Source: a virus
Lineage: Duplodnaviria > Heunggongvirae > Uroviricota > Caudoviricetes
Virus record (IMG/VR): IMGVR_UViG_2706794662_000014
Strand: one strand, 5' to 3'
DNA length: 9,660 bases
This document shows, piece after piece, positions 1 through 7,590 of this stretch. Made by a program: the position numbers and the translations under genes. Under the pieces are notes generated by a model. That model was not told the origin of the DNA, searched no databases, and saw only the letters and a program-made list of their open reading frames with translations. The number at the start of each line of letters is the position of its first letter. Within the stretch, counting starts at the first letter, position 1.

Positions 1-83
1 AGGGACAGCTGATAGAAACAGAAGCCACTGGAGCACCTCAAAAACACCATCATACACTAAATCAGTAAGTTGGCAGCATCACC
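1..83 (-). mobile_element. IS1 insertion sequence, partial (left inverted-repeat end; element continues left of the window)
   Basis: Positions 1-83 read as the reverse complement of the first ~83 nt of IS1 as I recall it; terminal repeat GGTGATGCTGCCAACTTACTGAT appears as ATCAGTAAGTTGGCAGCATCACC at 61-83. insA 5' end lies on the minus strand from ~28 leftward. From memory, not a search. Confidence 0.9.
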
Positions 84-235
84 CCGCCACAGAACAATTA
101 TTGCTTTTGCCGTTGATGACAATAAAGTTTTTATCGCAGGCGTATACCACGGTGGGCAAATCTATGAAACCGATTTTTTATCCAGTGCACCGTAAAACCC
201 CCATCCTTCAGGGCGTGGCGGATATCAAACTTTGG

Positions 236-1318
236 TCATTTTCTCTGGCTGATCTTTACCGGATAACCATCCCGAAGATCAATTAAGTGCTCCGGTTCAG
301 AAGCAAACCATGCATAAGATCCCCACGCCAATTCTGGTATTGCCTTTTTAAAAGGCAGAGCACTTCTGTCCATAAATGCCGTAAGGAATGCAAGATTTTT
401 CTCGCTGAACCCAGCGTCAATAGCCAAATGAGTGAGAGTAACTTTTCGTTCCCTGTTTATAGGCCCATCTGTCGCAACTACTTCAGTGAAAACTACAAGC
501 ATGTCCGAACCCGTTCGGTCCTCTCCCAAATCAATCAAAATAATATCTGGAAGTGCTTTTGAGGCATCAATATTCAGCCCCAATGCTTTTGCCAATACAT
601 CATCCTGAGCAACAACTTTATTCCCGGATTCAGACAACCAGAGCACAGTTGGATTCTTAAGAAAATTAGGAGCAAAAACTTCGATGACGGCCTTAGCTAT
701 TGTACTTGACGGGCCCGGAGCTAAAGTTCTCTTCTCTCCATTTGGGAAAGTGACGACTACGGCATCAGCAGCAATCACTGCCCCTGATTTCAATAAACGC
801 AACCTAGCAAGAGCGGCTTTGTTCAAATGATTTTCTTGCCAGGAACTTATTGCACTCAGCAGCGAATCTCCTTCAAGCCCGGCATCAAAGAGTGCTGCAA
901 AAGAGCGATTCAAACTGTAACGAGGACGAGAGGATGTGGTGGGTATACCTTTACGCTCAACAATTGCATTGCAAGGTATTAGGCCATTTTTTATAGTTTC
1001 ATCACGTATTGGCTCACGCGTATTTTCCGCATACCATGCATCAGCAGGCCTTATCTTTTGTTTAGAGAAAGTCATCTTTACCCAGCTTTCTCTGGACGCA
1101 TCATCAGTAAGAGCAGCCTGCGAATCTCCCATACTTACAACCTGGCTGGGCCTTATCCATCGCCCCAGCCCCTCAACCGCACCAGCATAAAACATGACAA
1201 AAATTGTTTTTGCAGCTATTTCCCGAATTAAATATCCACGATTCTCAGTCCCTTCAGGGAAAATTAATTGTAATCTTTCCCGGATAACATTCAATGGGGG
1301 AACAACAGGCAGATTCAT
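236..1318 (-). CDS. Putative type II restriction endonuclease, PstI/BsuBI-like
   Basis: 360-codon ORF. ATG (1318-1316) overlaps the methyltransferase TGA stop (ATGA at 1315-1318), GGAG ~9-12 nt upstream. C-terminal segments LPDIILIDL...LVVFTEVVATDGPINRERK and AWGSYAWFASEPEHLI resemble my recollection of PstI-family enzymes (LPDVVVYD...LFLIEAVTSHGPISPKR). Position directly downstream of a methyltransferase. Family assignment is unverified recall. Confidence 0.6.
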   Translation of the reverse strand: MNLPVVPPLNVIRERLQLIFPEGTENRGYLIREIAAKTIFVMFYAGAVEGLGRWIRPSQVVSMGDSQAALTDDASRESWVKMTFSKQKIRPADAWYAENTREPIRDETIKNGLIPCNAIVERKGIPTTSSRPRYSLNRSFAALFDAGLEGDSLLSAISSWQENHLNKAALARLRLLKSGAVIAADAVVVTFPNGEKRTLAPGPSSTIAKAVIEVFAPNFLKNPTVLWLSESGNKVVAQDDVLAKALGLNIDASKALPDIILIDLGEDRTGSDMLVVFTEVVATDGPINRERKVTLTHLAIDAGFSEKNLAFLTAFMDRSALPFKKAIPELAWGSYAWFASEPEHLIDLRDGYPVKISQRK

Positions 1319-3147
1319 GCAATCATCACTCCATAGAAACCAGCGATAGTTCTCTCAATAATCCGTCTGTGGACGCCAGCATCAATTAACGATTGAATCT
1401 CCATCACCTGCTCCAGAGAAGGCAACGGGATTGAATTCAATTCATAGGCCGAAACAGCAACACTTCCGCTTATACACCTGAACGCCCGATCGACAACATG
1501 CGAATTAAGTAGCATATCAATAACATCAGGGCGAACCGCAGAGAACAATCCGTTTGAATATACAATATTAATATGGTTTTCAACTACTACGCCACCAGTT
1601 TCATCTATAAATCCCTGAGGTAAAATTGCCGCTAAAATCCTTCTGTCCTGTTCCTTCGATGTTGTCCGCTGAACAAGCACACATTCAGATTTTGTCACAA
1701 GGAAACCCTGTTGTGGGGTTATATCGATATAGGGAACATGATTTTTTCTGTCTGCACTAAAACGAAAACCAGCTGAAGTTATTGATTCCGCCCAGACTAA
1801 TGGGTAGCTATTTTTTCCTTTCGTCGTACGCAACTGCGACTTAAATCGATTCCAGACTAACTGACCTGTAGAGACTGAGTATCCCAGATCAGCTAAACGC
1901 GTAGACATCTGTTTTAATACATTAAGAAAACAGGCATCATCTTTAACGCGTGGCAAAAGCCACGTTGCTCCACCTTTTTCTATATCAACATTACCTATTT
2001 TCTCAATTTTTGCTTTGTTCAACCCCTTAGGGACAAGTGAGGATACCTGGGCCCGAACTTTATGTTCTCCCGCCTTGAATGCTGTCAACATTGTTTCCTG
2101 GAGAACATCGTCAAAGACCCCATCCCTGTCAGTGACGAAATCAAGGGCATACGGAGTAGTTTTTTCGGTCAAAAGGGTTCGCAGCGCGGTGAAATACTGC
2201 CCACCAAGAAAAGAAGTTGGCGTAAGAAATGCAATAACTCCTGTTTTCTCTTTAACCATGCGAACAGCTAAGTCGGTGAACAATCCATATAGATTTGCAT
2301 GACCAAATAACGAACGAGAATATTTTTCTCTCGTTTTAATATCGAGAGTGACACGTCCGTAAGGCGGATTCCCTACCACAAGATCATAACCAGAAAATTT
2401 ATCTTGCTGAAGCGCATCAGCAACAATAATTGTATCTTCAGGCAATCTACGTTTTACCTTTACACATAGTGGCATTAGTACAGATTCGAGCAATACCAAA
2501 CTCATCCAAGCCGCAAATGGATCGATTTCTATCCCCTTTAAACGACGACTGATTCTCCTCAACATCCATTCAGGGGAAGACCCCTTGTCTTTTTTTAACA
2601 TTCGAATGGCTACTGGTGCCAAAAATGCACCGCCACCACACGCAGGATCAATAACCGATGCATGAGAAAAATCAACACCAGACTTTTCAGCCAGGTCCAA
2701 GAGACGCGCTACCAAAGGTGGGGGGGTATAGTAAGCCCCCAATTCCGAACGGTAAGCGGATGGCAGCATTACCGTATAAATTGACCCAATCAGATATCCA
2801 GCGTCCTCCGCCGGAAATTGAGCAATAAGCTCACCTGTTCGTTCAGCGAGCTCGCGTGCATCACATGGAATGTCTTCTATGTAAACAGTGTGCGGTACTG
2901 CCCTCATTTTAATGCTGCTTTTTTGCTTTTTTGCAAGGGTATCCCAATATGCAGCTACGATGCTGAAGCAGTATGAGCGGGCATGCATCAACCTTGACTG
3001 CCCGGTTTTGTAATTGCCCGCATAACCTTTGGCCATGGCTTTACAAGTTTGATATCTTTCCAGATTAGAAAACTCATTATCTGTAAAAAAATCAAAATGT
3101 TGCACATTCATAATGTAAAATCCTAATGTATCAAACATGCGGGCCAT
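1315..3147 (-). CDS. N6-adenine (amino) DNA methyltransferase, gamma class, with large C-terminal target-recognition region
   Basis: 610-codon ORF. Motif X GAYYTPPPLV, motif I (AdoMet) VIDPACGGGAFL, motif IV VGNPPYG, in gamma-class order. About 330 aa follow motif IV. Start uncertain (ATG at 3147, 3138 or 3111). Confidence 0.85.
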   Translation of the reverse strand: MARMFDTLGFYIMNVQHFDFFTDNEFSNLERYQTCKAMAKGYAGNYKTGQSRLMHARSYCFSIVAAYWDTLAKKQKSSIKMRAVPHTVYIEDIPCDARELAERTGELIAQFPAEDAGYLIGSIYTVMLPSAYRSELGAYYTPPPLVARLLDLAEKSGVDFSHASVIDPACGGGAFLAPVAIRMLKKDKGSSPEWMLRRISRRLKGIEIDPFAAWMSLVLLESVLMPLCVKVKRRLPEDTIIVADALQQDKFSGYDLVVGNPPYGRVTLDIKTREKYSRSLFGHANLYGLFTDLAVRMVKEKTGVIAFLTPTSFLGGQYFTALRTLLTEKTTPYALDFVTDRDGVFDDVLQETMLTAFKAGEHKVRAQVSSLVPKGLNKAKIEKIGNVDIEKGGATWLLPRVKDDACFLNVLKQMSTRLADLGYSVSTGQLVWNRFKSQLRTTKGKNSYPLVWAESITSAGFRFSADRKNHVPYIDITPQQGFLVTKSECVLVQRTTSKEQDRRILAAILPQGFIDETGGVVVENHINIVYSNGLFSAVRPDVIDMLLNSHVVDRAFRCISGSVAVSAYELNSIPLPSLEQVMEIQSLIDAGVHRRIIERTIAGFYGVMIA

Positions 3148-3361
3148 AACATCTCATGGTGGCGCATAGCAAACTGGCCCGAAGAATATCACGCACCAAG
3201 TCGATCTCATAACCCGTTATGACAATAAATCTTTGTAGCTGAACTCACTTGGTGATTTGTCAATCATTCCTGGCCTCCAGTTCGTCCTGAATCTCTTTAT
3301 CGAGTTCACCGTATTTGTTAGTCCTCATCACTCACGACTTGACTTCCAGAAATAACCTTGA

Positions 3362-3718
3362 TTATTCGGGGCTATATTTTGTCACCCTGCGTATCCGCGC
3401 TTTCGCATTACGCTCAATCTGGATTAGCTTTTCTATATTTTTTCGCCTTTCCCGCTCCTCCTGGCGCAAGAGCCTTACATCATCTGCCAGTCTGGTTTCT
3501 CTTTTCGCCACAGAGAGCATCCAGTCAAATGGCTCCACAACTGCACCGCAAATTTTACAGCGGACCTGACGCTCTTTTTCGTCAACCCGGACAGAAGCGT
3601 GATGGCAATATGGTCTTTCCGATGGCTCATAAAGAAAATTAACCTGATTACGAGGGTTATCCTCTTTTACCGGAAATAAAACAATATTGCTTAACTCATC
3701 TTCTGGTTTTATTTCCAT
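3362..3718 (-). CDS. Hypothetical prophage protein with Cys-rich zinc-ribbon-like motif and basic coiled-coil tail
   Basis: ORF track 3362..3775 starts at a non-ATG codon. Internal ATG at 3718 (MEIKPEDE...) has a strong RBS AGGAGAGGAG 5-8 nt upstream. Motif C-H-H x15 C-K-I-C; C-terminus rich in R/E/K. TAA stop at 3362-3364. Confidence 0.55.
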   Translation of the reverse strand: MEIKPEDELSNIVLFPVKEDNPRNQVNFLYEPSERPYCHHASVRVDEKERQVRCKICGAVVEPFDWMLSVAKRETRLADDVRLLRQEERERRKNIEKLIQIERNAKARIRRVTKYSPE

Positions 3719-3775
3719 GCTCCTCTCCTTTGATGCGAATGCCAGCGGTAATTGAAGCCTGATAGCTAATTTCAC

Positions 3776-4198
3776 TCACAGTACCGCCTCCTGAAAATCA
3801 CCCTGATAGAAAGCCGGTACACGCTGCATAACTTCACTCTTCCGGCACTCGCGACAGATTATGTTCTGATGTCTGTCGTAGCGGCGTATTTCTCCGTCTG
3901 GTAATGACCAGATAAGGTCCGGATCAACCACAGATGGTTTCTTCAGCTTTGCCCTCGAGAGTTTTTTGCGGGCGTTTTGCCAGTCCTTACGAGCCTGTTC
4001 AGACGGGAATAACCCGTAGCCAGAGTTGTATACATCCCCACTGGCAACCAGCTCTCTGGCGAGAACGCTTATTAAATATCTTGTCGCCCCGGTTTTAGCT
4101 TCCAGTTGTCGTAACGTCTCGCGCCCACTCTGGCGTACGAGTTCAACAACCTGCCCCTTAATTTTTTCCCGCTCTTCCTGTGTAAATACTTTTGCCAT
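3776..4198 (-). CDS. Hypothetical prophage protein, winged-helix-like N-terminus plus CxxC
   Basis: ORF track starts at TTG 4213; ATG at 4198 (MAKVFTQEE...) is the first ATG. HTH-like segment ETLRQLEAKTGATRYLISVLARELV; C-terminal ICRECRK. No family recognised. Confidence 0.5.
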   Translation of the reverse strand: MAKVFTQEEREKIKGQVVELVRQSGRETLRQLEAKTGATRYLISVLARELVASGDVYNSGYGLFPSEQARKDWQNARKKLSRAKLKKPSVVDPDLIWSLPDGEIRRYDRHQNIICRECRKSEVMQRVPAFYQGDFQEAVL

Positions 4199-4213
4199 AA
4201 GCGCCCCCGGCAA

Positions 4214-4939
4214 TCACTTTTCCGACACAATACGACCGGAGGAATCGACAATCTGTCGAACAATATCCCGGTGCTTGTTCAGCTCCCGCAACGCGGCGCA
4301 GACACGCTCCCACTTCTGGACATGACTTTTCGCCCGACGCAGTTCGCGGTTTGCCATATGCAGCGATGGTAAAACCAGGTCATCCGCTTGCGTTTCGGTG
4401 AACGATGGCAACGACTGCACAATGTCCGCCACAGTTTCTGTTTTAATTTCTTCCTGTGTTGCAGCTTCCTGTACCGGTAACGCAACACCTGCTGGCTGAG
4501 GAAAGACTTTACCATCCGTTTCCGCTATGGATGCGGCTTTCGGCTCTGCCGGTAAATCAGCGCCCGGTATGCAGTACCGAAATTTACCGCCCTGATTCAC
4601 GCGAATCAGACGCCCTTTGCTGATTGCCATGGCCAGCGATGAATTCGCCCGGCGGGAGGTAATCCCGAACATCAGTGCCAGCTCATCCGCCGTTTGTGGG
4701 CCATGTTGTTCAATCGCCTCAGTCAGCATTTGCGCTGTCACTTTCGGTACCGGTGACACTGGTTCACTTTCACCAGCCTGAATCAGCCACCACATCGAAC
4801 CCTTGTTATCCGCTTCACCACGGCGCTTCAGTTTCCACAGTTCGTTGACCGCATCTTCACGGCTGATTCCAAGGCGGGACGCCACCACATGTGAAGAGGC
4901 TCTTTTCAGTGCTTTCAGTGCGTCAAATACAGTTTCCAT
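4214..4939 (-). CDS. Hypothetical prophage protein with two winged-helix-like repeats
   Basis: ORF track starts at TTG 4957; ATG at 4939 (METVFDALK...) has GGAGG 8 nt upstream (plus 4948-4952). Two similar HTH-like segments ([25 protein letters not shown] and [28 protein letters not shown]). TGA stop at 4214-4216. Confidence 0.55.
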   Translation of the reverse strand: METVFDALKALKRASSHVVASRLGISREDAVNELWKLKRRGEADNKGSMWWLIQAGESEPVSPVPKVTAQMLTEAIEQHGPQTADELALMFGITSRRANSSLAMAISKGRLIRVNQGGKFRYCIPGADLPAEPKAASIAETDGKVFPQPAGVALPVQEAATQEEIKTETVADIVQSLPSFTETQADDLVLPSLHMANRELRRAKSHVQKWERVCAALRELNKHRDIVRQIVDSSGRIVSEK

Positions 4940-4960
4940 TAAAACATCCTCCAACAAAAA

Positions 4961-5472
4961 TTACTTCACAACTCCCGGAAAGCTGACATTTGAACGCCAG
5001 CTATCCCAGTTAAACGTCACCCACCGACAACCGTTCATGGTCATGCGGTCCATAATCCTCTCACCAAGAAGCGTGCTCATTGCGGCATGATTCAGGTTTG
5101 TTAACATCCCGACACTGCACAGTGATGCTGTCCGGCGATCAATTATCTGGTGCAATACCACCTGCTCGTTTTTCGTCTCCCGCTGAATGCCTATTTCATC
5201 CAGGACCAGCAAATCAACCCCGCAAAGCTCCTGTAAAAATTTTTCACCGGATTTGCCGTTGTCGTAGCTGTCATGCAACACGCTCATGACATCAGACTCG
5301 GTGACGATAATCACGCTGCGCCCCTTCGCCATCAGCCGGTTACCCATCGCCGCTGCAAGGTGATTTTTCCCGGTGCCGGTTTTACCGCTGAACACAAAAT
5401 TCGTGCACCCGGTCATCAGTTCGTCAGCTATGGATTTGGCCTGGCTCAGCGCGTATTTTTGCCCGTCGTTCT
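4961..5472 (-). CDS. DnaC/IstB-like AAA+ helicase loader (phage P-position replication protein), 5' end lost in N gap
   Basis: Walker A GKTGTGKNHLAAA, Walker B LLVLDEIG, sensor-like TNLN. Lies downstream of the O-like gene. ORF-track residues upstream of the N run are artefactual. Confidence 0.8.
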
Positions 5473-5745
5473 GCACCTGATAANNNNNNNNNNNNNNNNN
5501 NNNNNNNNNNNNNNNNNNNNNNNNNNNNNNNNNNNNNNNNNNNNNNNNNNNNNNNNNNNNNNNNNNNNNNNNNNNNNNNNNNNNNNNNNNNNNNNNNNNN
5601 NNNNNNNNNNNNNNNNNNNNNNNNNNNNNNNNNNNNNNNNNNNNNNNNNNNNNNNNNNNNNNNNNNNNNNNNNNNNNNNNNNNNNNNNNNNNNNNNNNNN
5701 NNNNNNNNNNNNNNNNNNNNNNNNNNNNNNNNNNNNNNNNNNNNN
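5473..5745. other. Run of 273 N (assembly gap or masked sequence)
   Basis: Literal n characters in the sequence. It removes the 3' end of the O-like gene and the 5' end of the DnaC-like gene. Confidence 0.99.
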
Positions 5746-6722
5746 AACCAGGGGTTTTCAAAATTCCGGTCCGGCCCAAAAAACGTCGTCGCTCGCTGAA
5801 CAAATTCCGTTCCCGCTTTCCCGGTCGCCGCCAGGTATCTCGCGTAACGCCTCACACCATCCAGCATGGTCTCTGGTGGCACCCCCTCGCGCAATCTGGC
5901 CTTCCAGGCACTGAATGCGGATTTCTTCGGGTTTGCCCCGGCACGCAACGGGTATTCCCGCCAGACCTGTTCGAACACATCCGGATAATCCACTCGTCCC
6001 ACAGGCTGCCCGGTGTTTTCCGGGGCTACCCGATCGGCTTCCCGCTGAATGGCGGAATCGGCTTCAGGCTGCTGCAGTTGGAGTGATTGCTCCGGCCTTG
6101 CGGTCATCACCTGCTGCACAGCGCCCGAATCGGCTTTCAGCGCATACGCTGAATCGGCTTCCGGTGTCGAGCCTGCTGGCTGACCAGGATTGACGGTCTG
6201 AACATCCCCTGCCTGGTTCGTGGCGTTTTTTACGCCATGGACCATAGTGTTTTGATCTTCTTTATCTGTATCTTTATCTGTATCTGTCGTGACTCGTCGT
6301 GACATGTGCGTGACATTTCGTGACGCGCCGTGACAATCGCCATTTTGTTCCCGCTTTCTTTCCCTCTCTCGCTGCGCCCTCTTGCGCTCTGCAGGAGATT
6401 TTGCGGTTTGCGAAATATTGCCGTTGTCCTCTTTAAGCACCTGGCGTTTTTCCCATCCAGTGATTAAATCACCATCAAGTACCCGCCCCTGCATCGTCTG
6501 CAAAATTGAATCAATTACCTCTTCTGTCACGTCGAGCGCACTTGCCAAATCTTCTGTCGTGACATCAATGTGACCTCGCGTGACATTTCGTGACGCGCTC
6601 ACCAGGAGGTGGATATACACTGCCATCACTGTTGCAATTGGCTGCCCTGACACCCTGGCAATTGTTCGCCACTTAGGGTCATTTGGCATGTCATGCCATA
6701 ATCTGAGCCAGGCGTTAGCCAT
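5746..6722 (-). CDS. Phage replication initiation protein, O-like (YdaU-like), 3' end lost in N gap
   Basis: ATG 6722 (MANAWLRLW...) with RBS AGAGGTGA preferred over ORF-track GTG 6728. N-terminal HTH-like region, low-complexity acidic/Q-rich linker, C-terminal FEQVWREYP...KKSAFSAWKARL. Position between cII-position gene and DnaC-like loader; contains iteron arrays. Confidence 0.65.
6259..6334. repeat. Iteron array plus AT-rich 12-bp tandem repeat: candidate replication origin inside the O-like gene
   Basis: CGTGAC cores at 6288, 6298, 6309, 6319, 6329 (spacing 10-11 bp), preceded by TCTTTATCTGTA x2 (6259-6282). Confidence 0.6.
6523..6598. repeat. Second iteron-like cluster, in the N-terminal coding region of the O-like gene
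   Basis: CGTGAC at 6558, 6579, 6589; TGTGAC at 6569; inverted GTCACG at 6526-6531. The 21-mer GCGTGACATTTCGTGACGCGC at 6578-6598 is identical to 6308-6328. Confidence 0.55.
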
Positions 6723-6793
6723 ACTCACCTCTTCTGATACCGAATCTTTTTACTCACGAGTTGCCGGGAGCGATTCGATATGGCTATTGTCAG

Positions 6794-7219
6794 TCAATGT
6801 ACTGCCACAGCATTTCCTGCCGGGCCACCACGGTTCATCTGATTGAAACCGGCGATTGCCACTGCGACAAAATCATCAGCGTCTCTCACCAGTCGTTCAT
6901 GCGTCTCCACCAGTTCCCGAAAATAAGCTGAACTGTGGCTGCGCATTCGAGCCACCAGCGGAGGTGGCATTGCCCTTTCGATCGCAGGTAACAACGCCTG
7001 AATTTTTTCAACAGCGTCAGGGGTGTCTTTATCCAGCCAACGGAAAATCTTTTGGGTGTTGAGATAAAGCGTGTTGTGCTTGCTGTCGTTATGCAGAACC
7101 GGAAACGTCATTCCCAGTTCGAAATAAACCCTGGTTATTTCAGCTGCCGGAACTTTTTCACCGTCCGGATGCGCCCAGGCTTTCATCGCCATGCGGATGT
7201 GTTCATGCTTGATTTTCAT
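6794..7219 (-). CDS. cII-position protein, possibly YdaT-like
   Basis: 141-codon ORF, ATG 7219-7217 overlapping the Cro-like stop (ATGA). Sits between cro-like and O-like genes. YdaT assignment is from synteny and vague recall only. Confidence 0.6.
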   Translation of the reverse strand: MKIKHEHIRMAMKAWAHPDGEKVPAAEITRVYFELGMTFPVLHNDSKHNTLYLNTQKIFRWLDKDTPDAVEKIQALLPAIERAMPPPLVARMRSHSSAYFRELVETHERLVRDADDFVAVAIAGFNQMNRGGPAGNAVAVH

Positions 7220-7479
7220 GAATCAACCCCCGCCGATGGTTGTGTGTTAGCCTGAAACTCAGCAGGCAAGCCGTCAGTTGGGTTGGGGTAGGTTTTACTG
7301 TCAATCTCATGTGGGGTCACCACCCATCCCGTTGCTTCACACCAACGTAATATTTTTTCTCCTGTAAGTTTTGCACGCCCCGTTATAACGTGGCTGACCA
7401 TCCCTTGGGATGCGCCAACAATCTCAGCAAATGAACTCTGGGTTATATGAAAATGATGCAAATATTCTCCAAGATTCAT
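7216..7479 (-). CDS. Cro-like HTH transcriptional regulator
   Basis: ORF track starts at TTG 7506; first ATG at 7479 (MNLGEYLHH...). HTH segment SSFAEIVGASQGMVSHVITGRAKL. Divergent from the repressor gene, downstream of the PR-like promoter. Confidence 0.7.
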   Translation of the reverse strand: MNLGEYLHHFHITQSSFAEIVGASQGMVSHVITGRAKLTGEKILRWCEATGWVVTPHEIDSKTYPNPTDGLPAEFQANTQPSAGVDS

Positions 7480-7513
7480 AATCCGCCCTATGTGATGTGT
7501 TACCAATGCATAA

Positions 7514-7542
7514 TTAATAGCACTGTTATTTTTAAAAGTAAA
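7514..7542 (-). promoter_or_regulatory. PR-like promoter for the cro-like operon
   Basis: On minus strand: -35 TTTACT (plus 7537-7542), 17-nt spacer, -10 TATTAA (plus 7514-7519); ~27-nt leader to ATG 7479. Confidence 0.45.
7516..7530. promoter_or_regulatory. Operator-like 15-bp palindromic site OR-a (AATAGCACTGTTATT)
   Basis: Half-sites AATAGC / AATAAC around a 3-bp centre; overlaps the PR-like -10. Member of a four-copy motif family. Confidence 0.6.
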
Positions 7543-7555
7543 TAGTGATGCTATT
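7541..7555. promoter_or_regulatory. Operator-like 15-bp palindromic site OR-b (AATAGTGATGCTATT)
   Basis: Centre 25 bp from OR-a; overlaps the PR-like -35 and abuts the PRM-like -35. Confidence 0.6.
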
Positions 7556-7583
7556 TCAAAGTGATTAGCAATCTTATTAGAAT
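7555..7583 (+). promoter_or_regulatory. PRM-like promoter for the repressor gene, possibly giving a leaderless transcript
   Basis: -35 TTCAAA (7555-7560), 17-nt spacer, -10 TAGAAT (7578-7583); predicted start ~7590, at the ATG (7591). No clear Shine-Dalgarno before ATG 7591. Confidence 0.4.
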
Positions 7584-7590
7584 TGGATGT

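Noticed and set aside
160-235. Possible intrinsic terminator after the endonuclease gene
   Set aside because: Only a 3-bp CCC/GGG stem with a weak T-run on the minus strand; not convincing.
101-286. 61-aa plus-strand ORF in the left flank
   Set aside because: No RBS; overlaps the 3' end of the endonuclease gene on the opposite strand; AT-rich low-complexity translation. Most likely spurious.
4072-4515. Minus-strand ORFs 4072-4263 and 4279-4515
   Set aside because: Out-of-frame overlaps with the better-supported 3776-4198 and 4214-4939 genes; highly basic, low-complexity translations.
5273-5914. 213-aa plus-strand ORF and the ORF-track residues spanning the N run
   Set aside because: Translations through N are meaningless (X runs); the flanking segments are antisense to the replication genes.
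6072-6394. CTGCAG (PstI) sites at 6072-6077 and 6389-6394 as a clue to restriction specificity
   Set aside because: The specificity of this pair is unknown and host DNA would be protected anyway; site presence or absence here is uninformative.
6259-6598. Possible CRISPR array
   Set aside because: Repeat cores are 6 bp with 10-11 bp phasing and lie inside a coding sequence; this is not the 28-37 bp repeat / unique spacer structure of CRISPR. Interpreted as iterons.
287-7255. Plus-strand ORFs antisense to the minus-strand genes (287-562, 936-1190, 2015-2302, 2062-2271, 3315-3569, 3358-3642, 4026-4325, 4803-5090, 5080-5289, 5915-6193, 6382-6573, 6580-6846, 6856-7062, 7052-7255)
   Set aside because: Each lies entirely inside a longer, motif-bearing gene on the other strand and has no motifs or RBS of its own; typical shadow ORFs.
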